Positions 25,172-38,107 of a DNA stretch of 64,000 nt are shown here, piece by piece. The notes below the pieces were generated by a model. The model was not told where the DNA came from. It saw only the letters and a program-made list of their open reading frames with translations, and ran no database searches. The position numbers and the translations under genes were made by a program. Every line of letters begins with the position of its first letter. Positions within the stretch are counted from its first letter, which is position 1. The DNA lies in NCBI GenBank assembly GCA_051362555.1, contig CM120648.1:4584587-4648586 (forward strand), read 5' to 3'. Origin of the DNA: Lingula anatina. Taxonomy: Eukaryota; Animalia; Brachiopoda.

Positions 25172-28100
25172 ATGATGGATCATTTAACAAGAAACGCCAT
25201 TCCTTTACTTAGTCTGTTTCTCTGCGTAGTCTACTTACAACCGTCTACTGCAGAGCTCGTAACAGTCAATACCAAATATGGGGCTCTTAGGGGAGAATTG
25301 ATTTCCACGGACAACGGTAACATCACGCGATTTCTAGGCGTCCCCTATGCTCAAGCCCCTATCAAGTCCTACCGGTTCCTTCGACCAAGGGCACTTCTCA
25401 ACTGGTCTCTGCCAAGAAACGCGACCAGCTTTGCTCCAAGCTGCCCCCAGAATATGGCCAAAACTTACAAACAGCTTGGCCGGTTTGGCGACGGGTATTT
25501 GAAGGCCAGAGTTGTGCACAACGTCACAAACGAAGACTGCTTGTATCTGAACATGTACATACCCGGGAGGGTGAGTGAAAAGAAAACACTGCCTGTATTG
25601 GTGTATATTCACGATGCCTCGGAGGGTTGGGACTCCGGGTTTGGAATGAACTTTGATGGGACACGGCTCGCACTGGGACAGCAACTGATCGTTGTTAATT
25701 TCAACTATCGGTAGGTTTGTGAACCACAATTAAAATGGGTTCACCAGACCTCGAGTCGTCTCAATAATTCATTTTATTATTTAAATAATATTGGCAGTTT
25801 TAAAAATCACTTTCTTTCTTTTTTTTGTGAATTGATTTTCTTTCAATTGATTTTCTTTTCTTTTCAATCTGGACTAAACATATTGATGTCTATTTTTTGC
25901 AGCAATCCAAAGTTTTCTTCATTGCTTGAAATAAAACCACATTCAATTTTACCTGCTTTAAAAGTATATGATGTTGAACGAATAAATTAAATGTGGTTTG
26001 TTATGGGTTGTAAGCTGTTTCATTTTCCATATCAGGCTAGGAATCCTGGGTTTTCTTGCAGCAGGGAACGAAACCCACTGGGGAAATTATGGGATGTGGG
26101 ACCAGGTGGCAGCACTGAAGTGGGTCCATGACAACATCCACAGCTTCGGTGGAGACAACAGCAGGATCACCATCTTCGGTTATGGAACAGGTGGAATAAG
26201 CGTCGGCCTGCTTCTTTTAAGCAACGCCACCAATGGTCTGTTTAAGAGAGCAATTTCGCAGAGCGGCGTCGCTTTGCATTTACCGGAGGAAAAAATGAAG
26301 AAAATGTTCTACGAACATACTGCCTTTTTCTACAAAACGCTCAACTGCACGAGTGGAAACGCAACCCTGGTGTTGGGATGCCTCCAAAACGTCCCCTTGG
26401 AAGTGCTGATGGAAGCATCTGAGCGTTATTCGGCAAAGATAAATAAAGGAAAGCCGGGAGGATTATTTTTGCCAGTTGTTGACGGAGAACTTATAGGTGA
26501 CCACCCGTTTCGTCTGCTGTCATCCGGGAAATTCCATCGTGGCGTCACATACATGGTTGGTGGCGTAAGTGGCGGTACCCTACGAGGATTCGAACAACTC
26601 TCCTTGAAGCAAATTCAAAACGGAACAAGCAAACAAGAGTTCTCAAATCTAATTCAGAGCAGTTTCTCAGAGGGGTTCGGAGAAGAAAAAGCAACTTTAC
26701 AGCTTATTAGTCATGAATACAATGATGAAAGAGACGACCCAATTGTACTAAGAGAACTATTTCTGAGATTGCATTCGGATAATTTTTGGTCTTCGATATA
26801 TCAAACGGCCGATTTTTACAGTAGATTTGGGGATATATACATAAGCATATTTTCCCATAAACCAAGTTATTCTTCTTATCCGGATTTTGTTGAAGCCATG
26901 CCGGGGGAAGACATCTTATTTGCGTTTGGAGACGTTACAGACGACGCGCTGGGCCTTAATTGCACGTTGGTTGAAAAATTCCTAAGTGGCAGTGAAATCC
27001 AACCGACAATAAGAATGTTTGCTAGCTCCAAGTAAGTTATTACGTTCATTTTATGTCAAATATCTTACTTTTGATTTCTTCAAAGTACATTGTGAATACT
27101 ATGATGTAATTCTTAAAAAATCTTCAAGCACCCCCATTCATATTCATGAGATTTCCTTTTACTACTGGATTATAGACGTTTATTTTTATTTATCACAATC
27201 TTCGAATATTTTTGTGATTAAATGGTGTATTTGAGCGAAGAAGCACAAAACCAAACAAATAAACCTTGACTGGAGCAGTAACAAAGGTTATCAAATGAAA
27301 TTGCAGTACAAGTCGTGATGACTTTTTGGGACCGTGGCGCCCGTACACGCCTCTGCACAGAAACTACGTGAAGATTACCACTGCCACCAACGGTGACTTT
27401 CTGAACACCAACTACAGGCGCCGAGCCATGCGTTTCTGGAGTTCTATCGTGCCTGAGGTTGTCGCCCTTGGCAACCGTAAAGGTGGGTCATAAATAATGG
27501 AATTTGATTGACAGCTGAAAGTCTAGGTGACAAAATAAAATTGACTCTACTGGTAGATCTATTCTACAGGCCATCGTATTTGTTTTTTTTTGACGAGAAC
27601 TTTTGAATTTAATATACGGTTACAGAATCATAATATGATATCATAGTTATGGTAGAATGAAATTGGAATACCAAGACCGATAATGCTAGAGCTAAGCCTA
27701 AGTGATCGTGCCTTTCGGCAACTACCGTATAAAATACAATTATTGTGCCAGGTTAAAATGGATCTATAACTTGTACCAATAGAACATCAAGCGTAAGGCT
27801 TAGGCTGTATTCCCAGAGCTTTTAGATCGATCTATCCCCGCGGGGAGTCTCACTAGATTACTGTCAGATAATCCGGCTTAAATGTCCGTCCCGCCTACTA
27901 CAAGCTGTGAGAGGGTAATTAACTTTCTCGTCTGCTCGGCTGACAGCTATTTAGCGTGAACCCCCAGGGAGTTAGGTCGATCTAAAGTAGATCGATCTAA
28001 TCTCTGGAAATGGGGTCTTAGTCTTTAAGAGCAAGGGCAGGAATCTGCTGCAAAATGATATATTTATATTAAATGAAGATGCTCAATTGTCAGTAGCTGG

Positions 28101-28526
28101 AGAATTAAACTTACATGTATTTACAGCCAATTATTTTGCTTTCACTAGCGAGTCCATAAAATGAGAAAGAAAAGAGTGGGGTGAAACTCTGAATCTACTT
28201 ATTTTAAAGACACCAGGTGACATCTCATTAAATCACTTGTTTCAGAACGCGTCGAAGTATATTTGGATCCACCTGGGGAAATTCTGCGAGTAGGTAGGTA
28301 AAATGCAAGGCTTTCCTTTCTTTTTTGTTCTTACTTACCCAGTAATTCATAATTTGACTTTAAATACTGTAACAACATTGGTCTATTGTACCATTCTTTA
28401 TTCTAGACACCTGTTTAGGATTTGGTTTAAATGCAAGCTTTGTAAATCATTTCGATGGTCAAATGAGTTAGATAAATCTACATTTGAATACCCTTCGTCG
28501 CCATTATTCATTATTCCTGTCAGATC

Positions 28527-28563
<37 letters not shown>

Positions 28564-29355
28564 CCACCCGTTATGGTTGCTAATTATCTTTTTGTATCTT
28601 AATTAATTTCAGGAGAATTAAACCTGACGGCAAAAGAAGTAAGTGCAGTATATCATGTTCCTGGTTTATGCGTATATCTTTTTACCGACTGCAGTGAATG
28701 GTGTAGAAATTGTACATAGAAGTTAACCAAGTGACATTCAGTTTGATTTATCGCACGTTTAACTCGGCAACACGCATAAAATTCCAATGATAATTAGTAG
28801 GTCAGTGTCTGCTCATCGCTTATCTACTCCTCTGACAAAAATTATAATTGGAGGGATAATGGAAGATTTTAATGTGTCTAATTTAAACAAGTTTTACTGT
28901 ATTTTACAAAAATAAAAAGAGTTCTATTACTTTCGCGCCTCACATTTGGAAAGTTTACAAAGAACATCTTAATAATAGTCTGGACTGTCTGGACGGCAAA
29001 AATCGGCTGTACGTATACAACAAAATAGCTCTAGAAGATGCTTTTTCATTATCTCCCCCCCCCCCCCCGTGATGGGTGCCTCTTCATATGATATACCTTG
29101 AGTAGATTACAGATTTTTAGTTCACATTTTGTCTTTGATTAATGATTGGGATTGAAATTTTCCGACAAATTATACCGCCCCCCCCCCCGTCCCGCTTAAA
29201 AAAAGACAAAACTCGCCAAGAAACGGGAAGCTTAATTTTTCTAACCACGTTCCACGCAAGACTTAACACTATTTTGCAAACATTACTCATGAGCAAATCC
29301 AGAGAAGCAAAAAAGAATAAGAATAATCATAATAATATTTAAATTATAATAATAA

Positions 29356-29386
<31 letters not shown>

Positions 29387-29707
29387 AAAGAATAATGAAG
29401 GAGGTTTCAGGAGTAAATCTCGTTCAGGAGAAGACACAGACGTAATTTTCCAATATTCACATTTCAGGCCCACATTGCTCTCTACGTCCTGGGTGTGAGT
29501 GCTGGAATCCTGCTCGTCCTGTGTGTGATATTGCTGTGGATAGTGTGCCTCCTCTCCTTCTCCTGCTGCCAGTGCTGCGCATGCTGCTGGTACAAGGACC
29601 TTCCGCGAGGAAAAGGAAACCGAAGCGTGAACCACGAGATCCAGACGTTCGACGCGACCAACGGAGTGAGAAACAAATATGATAGTGAATCATCGACCAC
29701 TTTTTGA
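25172..29707 (+). CDS. Carboxylesterase/cholinesterase-fold type I membrane protein, non-catalytic (neuroligin/CLAM-like)
   Basis: Exons 25172-25710, 26036-27031, 27307-27482, 28246-28293, 28613-28638, 29468-29707; signal peptide, FLGVPYA, EDCLYLN, NYRLG, GNYGMWDQVAALKWV; TM helix, Cys-rich juxtamembrane segment, C-terminus SSTTF. Confidence 0.88.
27801..28020 (-). mobile_element. MITE family B copy 1 (PIF/Harbinger-like)
   Basis: Reverse complement of 30173-30397; imperfect TIRs containing agatcgatct; TTA flanks. Confidence 0.75.
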
Positions 29708-30172
29708 TTGTAAATTAGAAATATACTTTACTTAGAGACTAAGTAAGATCAGTCTGATTGTTTATATAGAGTGAATTATTTAGAGCTTATATACACGGCT
29801 TTAAGTTACAAGTTTGTGTTATCTCAATAGTTAAGTTATTCAAGAGATAGAAAATGAATCATTAAATATTTTTATACAATTTGTATGAATGTTTAAAGTA
29901 TAAGAAGAAAATGGTATTATGACAACAATATTCAAGTCATATTATAGCCCACAGTCAATTTAGGAATTATTTAGGAATTATTCATAGTATTTCAACTACC
30001 GATACATATCAGTAAATTCGCTTTAATCAATACACTATTTTGATTTGAATGGGTACTTTGCTTTGCTGAGTTAACTTCGATCCTAATCCAATAAATATTT
30101 TATCGTTTATTTTTCAACTCCAGTGCTCACTCCATCATCGCTACTTGTGTGCTATCAGGGCGCTAGAGAGAA

Positions 30173-30397
30173 TTAGACCCCATTTCCAGAGATTAGATCG
30201 ATCCAACTAGATCGACCTAACTCCCTGGGGGTTCACGCTAAATAGCTGTCAGCCGAGCGGGCACGAAATTTAATTACCCCCTTATAGCTTGTAGTAGGCG
30301 GGACGGACATTTAAGCCGGATTATCTGACAGTAATCTAGTGAGACTCTAGTGAGACTCGGGGATAGATCGATCTAAAATCTATGGGAATGCGCCCTT
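30173..30397 (+). mobile_element. MITE family B copy 2
   Basis: agaccccatttccagagattagatcgatc...ctccctgggggttcacgctaaat...gatcgatctaaaatctatgggaatgcgccctta. Confidence 0.75.
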
Positions 30398-31861
30398 ATT
30401 TTCAGCTATTTCTATGACTGTACACTAGTTTGCATATTTCTGCTCTGTCGTTTGCACAACAGCTAGCTACCTGTTTGTCAACAGCTAGATAGGGGACAAC
30501 ATAGTTCGAATAAGGCCCATATCATGCTGCATTCCACATTTTGTATTTGCCTTCATATTTTTACAACGCGTTGTTTGTTCTAATGTGTTTGGGTAGAGCG
30601 TTAAGTGTGTCTATAATTCTAGTCTATATTATTCGGAATATTAGGCCTTGCAATCGTTTTTCTATGGTTGAAACATGAGATATGTACAGCACGGTACGTC
30701 TGCATGAATAATATTTATGACAAAGTCAATGATCTAACCTAGAAAAATGATACCCCCTCACAAAGCTGGTTATGAATCAGCAACGAATGTGGGAGAGGCC
30801 CATAATGACAATAAAAATATCTTTTTAAAATTCTGTTTCTGTCGATTTTATTCCTGATCTATTACACTGGACACAAAGTTTTACGAGGAAGCATACTGCT
30901 TATTGGACAATACGTATGATCGATCACAAAATAAGCAATGGTTATGTTACGACACGTATTATGATCAATGACACGTACCACACGTGCAGCTCTCTATGCT
31001 GCGGAGGACAGAAAATGTACGCTATTTACTATCACGACCAGCTACTTCCGTGTGGTGTATCAGTTTAGTACGTGTCCAGATATACATGTCACTGTCACTG
31101 CGGGTCTGGATGTAAACAGGTACGCATGACTTTTTAATGAGATCGTGCTATATGTTTAGTTGGCGTAGACAGTATGAGAAAATTGCACATATTGTTTTCT
31201 ACGTAGAGAGGTTAGGACAGTAGCCTACAGGGCCTACTTAGCTGTCGTCTCATTCAATCCATGTAGGCCTACATGTAGGCCTACTGTACCTTCCCTATTT
31301 GTTTTACTTTGCATGTTCATGTACATACATTTGTAGATCTACCCTCACATTATTTTCTGATGCCTTTTCTACTTCTCAGCCTCTGGAGGTGGGTAACATG
31401 CTAAAGAGGTCCCATAGCATTTAATAGTAGGCCTACCTACATGTATACTATGGTACCGTGTACCAGGAGTTGCGGAGGAGCGTAGTGCACGTGCATGGGC
31501 GTACTAGTAAAGTGTACGCATGCGCATGTGTGGTTACATTTTGCATGAGGGGTGGGGTGGAGGGATGAATTGAGGAATAACCTCCCTTCCACTCGGTAAC
31601 AAACTATTTAAACACAGGTAGTTTAGTGTCGACATGAAACTGTCATCACTTATTACCTGTGTGTCCTTGGACTATATTTTGTCATACTATGACCTTATTT
31701 ATTAATTAAAATGTGGCTTTGGGGGAGTGTGTGCAGCCTTTCTGTACTGGGTTAAGCTGTCTAGACCACCCTCTCCTACCCAGCGAACAAAGAAAGGAAA
31801 ACATCGACAATGGTGGTCACAAAGATACTATAATTTCTTTATCTAATATTTTCCCCCTTAA

Positions 31862-31863
<2 letters not shown>

Positions 31864-31912
<49 letters not shown>
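31864..31912. repeat. Poly-A tract
   Basis: Direct read. Confidence 0.95.
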
Positions 31913-31913
<1 letters not shown>

Positions 31914-32156
31914 GAACTTAGTATTCGAATATACGGGTGGATGTTTGATCCCGGTTTATAATTTATGACTTAGCCTGGCACACTGAATAATAGAGTGGTT
32001 TTGCCATATGCTTTGTGTCTCAGCAGTAGCAGCCATAAAGCACGTGTGCCATGATGTATTCACGTAGTTTTGTTTAAGGTGGAACAGAGTCGACCTTCCT
32101 TGTAGATAACTTGTCACTAATATACAGAACGACCTTGAGTCTGTGGCCAGCAATTT

Positions 32157-32158
<2 letters not shown>

Positions 32159-32203
<45 letters not shown>

Positions 32204-32614
32204 CCTATATATATATATTTATAGTCCTTTTTTTGAAAAAGTGAACATTTTTACAATGGCATAGAATCTAGATCAAATTTTGATTCAGATGTGGAGTCAA
32301 GACGGAGGTTCGTTCGACCCTCTCTCTTCCCCCCCCCCCCCAATCCCCCAGAAACCCCCCATACCGTAGGGCTTGGCGTTTTATTTGATTTTTTAAGGTT
32401 GACATAGCCAAGTATCTTATCAACAGTACGTGTAGGGGGTCTGCTTGCGTTCGAATTTATTTATCCTATTGCTAAGATACAGGGGGCATCCTGAAAACAA
32501 AGGGCACTTACTGACGGTGAAAAGGTATCGAATTGAAAAATGTTTATGGAATAAGGAAAATGTAGTGTTTGATGGACGGATGGTTGATTATAATTGAATA
32601 CTCGATTGTGTGAA

Positions 32615-32672
<58 letters not shown>
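32159..32672. repeat. Two (TA)n microsatellites (about 32159-32217 and 32617-32672)
   Basis: Direct read. Confidence 0.95.
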
Positions 32673-32677
<5 letters not shown>

Positions 32678-33685
32678 GAATATATTGATTTCTATATATG
32701 CAAAAATAATAGGCAAATTTTGGATAAACATAATACTGGTAGAAATAAATGATTAGTTCTTCATTTGTGATAAACTGGTGGTCTGCAGACGAGGAGAGAG
32801 AAAAGAACTAAAAAACTATAATTTTATGCTTACCAAATGTTTATTAGCAATTATTCGATACTTCAAATTTGACAAAGTATTTAAGGATAACTTGTATATC
32901 ACATACATAATTCTTTCAAGTGTCGTTAATTACGAAGTTGCAGCAATTAACCATTCATAAAGGTTGAATCAAGGTTGATTTTCATTTACCACACTAAAGA
33001 CAAACCATAAAAATGAAACGGAATTTAATCGCGTTTTCGATACTTTGCCTTTAACGGCCAAGTTTAAATACTTTGATACAAGAAATGTGTCCTCTTTGCA
33101 TTTACTTTAAAAATCATTGGAAATTCTGGAACATGCTACCTTCATATTTCTCTTAATCCTTGTAATGTGTGCGAAGATGATTTTCATGCTTTTGGGTGCT
33201 CCTTATTTAATCCAAAAAATAAAAAAAAAATAAATAAATAATCTCTTAAACGGACTCCTGTTTTTGTATTCTAATACAATATGTATGTCTTAACCTGTGC
33301 ATCACATTGATTATAGGGTCAAGTAATACTACCCCGTTTATCTTTACCGTCATATACCGGCACAATCGTTTAACCTAACTCGACTTCAGATCCTTTAAAA
33401 ATTAAAATGTTTGGTTACTTGTATTCTCCAGAATTTAAGGTGGAGAATATGGCCAAAAATGTGGGCCAACGTTGTCAAGTACATGTAAGCTTTCATAACA
33501 TTATGTTATATTATCTCCACATCTTGAGTTTTTTTTTGCTTAAGGATAAGTGGTTCTGATTAATTTAATCAATTTTGTTAATTTCCAATTAATTTAAATT
33601 AATTGAAAATGTAAAACATTGCCGTTTACGGTTACATTAATAATGGCACGATAAACGTTTATTCGTTGCACGCGAAAACACTACA

Positions 33686-35446
33686 TTAGTAAGGCATAAC
33701 AGTCATGTTAACATCAAAACCGAAGAGTCTACCATCTACCTTGAAAATTTCACTTAATGTTCTGCGGTCTTCTCCAGACAGTTTTCTCAACGCCTGCGCC
33801 ATCATTTGTTGCGTGTTCCCATAGCCGTGTCTGTTACCCTTTCGGTAGCTCTCAATAAACTCTTCGCTGGGGAATGTGACGTTTGTTCCCAGCAATTTCA
33901 GCACGTTTGACGCATCCTCCGTCAGGGTGTCGTAATGTCCTATGATATCATACCTCACGTTGCACGGATCACACAGCTGGTACATCTCCCCCCAGTGGAT
34001 GTGCCCCGGAACTGTTTTCAGAGAACGCGATCTTGGATCGTAGGAGCTTATAACACGCTTCACGAAGTTCTCAAAAGTTGCTTCGTCATCATGGAGGAGT
34101 CTTTCAAACGGATGTCGCACAAACATTACTTTGAGAAAACCATCATGGCGGCCGTCGAGTTTGCCCTCAATTCTTGGGATGTCTTCTTCCCACGAATCAG
34201 AACTTTGGATGATGTCCATTAAACTCTGAGCGGAAAGGTGTTTACCGGATAACTGCAGGAGAACCACCCTCCAGTTCATAATGGCCACTTTTGGTACCCC
34301 GCAAAAGAGGAATTTATGTTTCTGGTCGACATACGTTAGGTACCCAATTGGGCCCCCAAATTTAGACAAAGGAGGGGCAGGGGAAGAGACCAGTTCGTCG
34401 GAGACACCGTCTTGGTTAGTAAAACGCGAGGTCCATTCATCTTTCATGGCCTGGCATTGTTGTAGAAGACGTGAACGTCTTGCTTTCATTTCGTTGACCC
34501 AAGATGGCGGAATTGACTCCAAGTTGAAGTCGCTATTTAAGAAGGGATCCTTGGTCTGTCGGTCTATTGGACGGTTACCACTGTGGACAAATGATTTACA
34601 GAACGGTGCCATTATGCTCGCAACAACCTTCCATATAATCCCTAATTTAAGGGGCATGATTTTTCAAGTGTTTAAGGGTCGAAAATTTAAACGGAAGTAT
34701 CATCATTGGCTCGTGTACTGACGTGTTGTAGGCCTATGCCAAAGGCGTATTAATATGATCGTTAAAATTCACTAAAACTGATCAGTTCCAAATATTCCAA
34801 TGCTCTTCATTTCTGTAATTTATCTATAATTGCATTTATACAAATGCCTAATATTATATCGGGTTCATTAGAGGAATTATGGCCTCCATAATTTAGGGAA
34901 ATTATAATATATAAACTATAAATGTGAGAGGAACATCACTTAACCTTCTTCCGGGATTGGTGTTTCCAGACAGTGGATCGACAAGAAGGTCTTTCTGGTA
35001 AAACAGCCCTAGCACGAAGGTCACGATGAACACAACTGAAATGTAGCTAAGTTTTGCTATTTTGGCAACCGGGCATTTTGGCGCGATCTTGTGTCTGAAT
35101 GAAAAATTATTAAGTTTAGAATTTATGTGGTAACATATTTTCGTCTCAAAATTTCAAATAACATTACATAATGCATGCAGAGGGCTATTTTAGGTGCCAA
35201 TCTTTCAAATCATACCGATGCAGCTGCATTGCTGAGATATAACGCTGGATGTGCAGAGGTCCTTGAAGGTTAAAAGGTTAAAGCTTAAAAGGTTAGGAAA
35301 TCGCCCCAGAAAGCAAGCAAAGCCTTTTAAACTACATTCCATTCTTATAATACAGTACGTACAATCAAGAATGTATGCATAAGGCGTTCTACTCACCGTG
35401 CGTTCTTTAGGTGAGAACGAACTTGCTGCATGTTGAGCTTCCACAT
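33686..35446 (-). CDS. Carbohydrate sulfotransferase (Sulfotransfer_2; CHST8-14/HNK-1ST-like), type II Golgi membrane protein
   Basis: Exons 35446-35397, 35094-34945 (TM: YISVVFIVTFVLGLF), 34580-33686; motifs FCGVPKVA, FVRHPFERL, HWGEMYQLCDPCNVRYDIIGHYDTLTEDA. Confidence 0.85.
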
Positions 35447-36739
35447 CTGCCGTTGCAAACTTTCGTGTGTGTGTTTTATGGTTATGCCCTTGTCAAAGCT
35501 CCGTCTACAGCAGATGTATGACCTGTTTACTTCATTAACTCATAAATACTTAATTATGACCGCGTATAGTAGGGTTTATACAAAACTCATATTGGTTTTT
35601 ATTTAAGAAGTGGATGCTTTATTGTAACCATCGAAGCCGATCTGGCTTTTTTATAATTAATGCAGAGATTGCGGAAAGAGCGTTGCAATAATGATTATAA
35701 TGGGCCTATCTGTTTATGTTTAAACGTAAATTTTTTTTGTTATTTCTATTTTACCGTGGTCTATGAAGGATTTATGCGGGTTCATCAATTCTGTATTCAT
35801 TGAGTTCAGAATGGGAGAATAATATCTCTGAAGCATAGTACCATAAGGTATGAAGAACAAGTAACGTTTGTTTACATAGTGAAAAACCATTCAAAAAGCG
35901 TTTCAATTTTTGCATTGAATAGCCAAGCATGTTCGCTATATTTTAGGGAATTTTGAATATTGTCAAAGTTACATTTATACAATTTCCTTGTAAATAACAT
36001 TTCCAAATATCAGGTATGGTGCTTATTTTCAGTTGCCATAGCTACTCGGGTTAATTTATTTTGGTATGTACCGTTACGCAGTCGTGAAAAATATCAGTTG
36101 CCTTCTTATCCATATTTAATATTTATGAGGTGGTAACGGAGGACAGAAGGCAGTACCAGTATAATTTGAAGCGGTTAATAAGGAATACGTGCTTTCCGCA
36201 TGGGCTGATGGCGTAATGTGCACGGAAGAATTGACATTGTTGGAGGAAGAATGAATCGCTTTTCTCTTCTGCTTAAATGAAGAAGAATGTAAAAAAATTT
36301 TTTTGTAGAACTATGGCTTATTTCTTTTTTTTTAATATACTGCTCTGCTGCTGTGAATGGAGATTGACAGCGCAGTTATTACCATAGTTGATTTATTGAG
36401 ATTTTTACAGGGGTAGTTTTAGATTTTTTATTAAGCTCTTTTGACCAAGAAAGCTTAGTCACAATTCGACTGTTTGGTTCTCGGGGGAATTTATCGAGAT
36501 GGCTATTTTGTGTCTTGTTGCGTTTTAAGAATATTCCAAATGACCTATTTATCAGGTGCCAGGTTGGCGTTCACGCACCACCGCTGGAGTACAGGTCATC
36601 TTGCCGTGACACTGGTATCCCCTGGCTGTGACAACATAGGTTGACAGGGTACCCTTGGCAGTTGACCCACTCGAGCTCCATTCCTGAAGGAAGATTTCTG
36701 AAAACGAGGCTAGGCCCTGGAGACAGCTAGCAGGAAACC

Positions 36740-38048
36740 ATGAAACAAGTAACAGCTGTCGTCATTGGAGCAGGAAACAGGGGACACAATTATGCAGAAT
36801 TTGCTGATGAATTTCCGGAAAAACTGAAGGTTTGTTGTCTTACGCGCACGTGGCCCTAAATGGGCATTTAACGATCATATTTGTTTCCGTCATTCTATCC
36901 AGTTTTTAAAAGAGATACCTCTCTATAGTGAAATCGACTGTTCCCCTGGTATGCATTCAGGTCCTACTATTTTAAGACAAAGGTGTCTAACTGATTTTAA
37001 CTGGTTTCAGAACAAGTGAAAAGAGCTTTCACGAATTAAGATCTCCATGATTTTACACTTGTAAAGATATGATAGTTTCAACTATGGCTTCTCTATGCTT
37101 TTGTGGAATAAACCGTCATTTCAAAGTTTAAATAAATGGTGAACACACGAGTAGATTTAGGCTAATGTCTGTAGCTTGACAAAACTGAATTCAAAACACG
37201 TCTTTGGGGATCTTAATTGTACAGTTTTACTCCTAGATATTAATTTTGTATTATTTTAAATAGAACGACGGCCTCAAACCGTTTAGCCGACATATGTGTC
37301 TGATTAGATGAAGCGCGCGGGATGCGGATATATTGTAAATATAAATTTTGTTATTTTACTTCGCATGCTGAAAGGTTGTCGGAGTGGCAGAACCGAGGAG
37401 GTTTTATAGGACGAAAATGCAACAGACATATGGAATACCAGACACGGCTGTCTTCTCAGGTAACATTAATCTGTATTCGAGCAACCAACGTAACTTACTT
37501 AGTACTCTTACACACAATGTAACCACATAAAAAATGTACACACATAAAAAAATATAAATAACCTATATATTATTATAGGGGAAGGCGAGACTTGTCCACC
37601 CCTGAGGCGAGTCCACACACCCCCTTCCTTAATCTCAAAAGCGAAACGATGCATCTCGCCCTACGCCTTTTTGAGAGGTCACGTGCATATGATATGCGCA
37701 AGTTTAATAAAATAAAAAATGACTGCTATTCAGTTTTATCGAGTAAAATGTATAGTATTTCTTTTCGATTGTATATGTGTGCGGACTTACCCCTGGGTGG
37801 AGCAAGTTAGCACACTTTGTCTAGACATTTTAAAATGGAAATTTCTGTAAAAATAACAACAGCGCAAGTCTCAAACTTGTACCAAAAATAGAGCATGGAC
37901 TTCCTTCTAAAAATCTGGAAAACTGAAGATAATAGTTTACCTTCTACCTATTTTTTATTAAAAGACGGTGCACTAACCCTGCCTTCCCCTATATACCATT
38001 ATCTTGTCACAAGCGATGGACATAGGCTTGACATCGGATCTAGTGTGT

Positions 38049-38107
<59 letters not shown>

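Noticed and set aside
31864-31912. Poly-A tract as a retrocopy tail
   Set aside because: No recognisable upstream ORF, SINE body or target-site duplication
34281-34721. 146-aa plus-strand ORF (and similar antisense ORFs at 25334, 21629, 3726)
   Set aside because: Antisense shadows of real coding exons with no recognisable motifs
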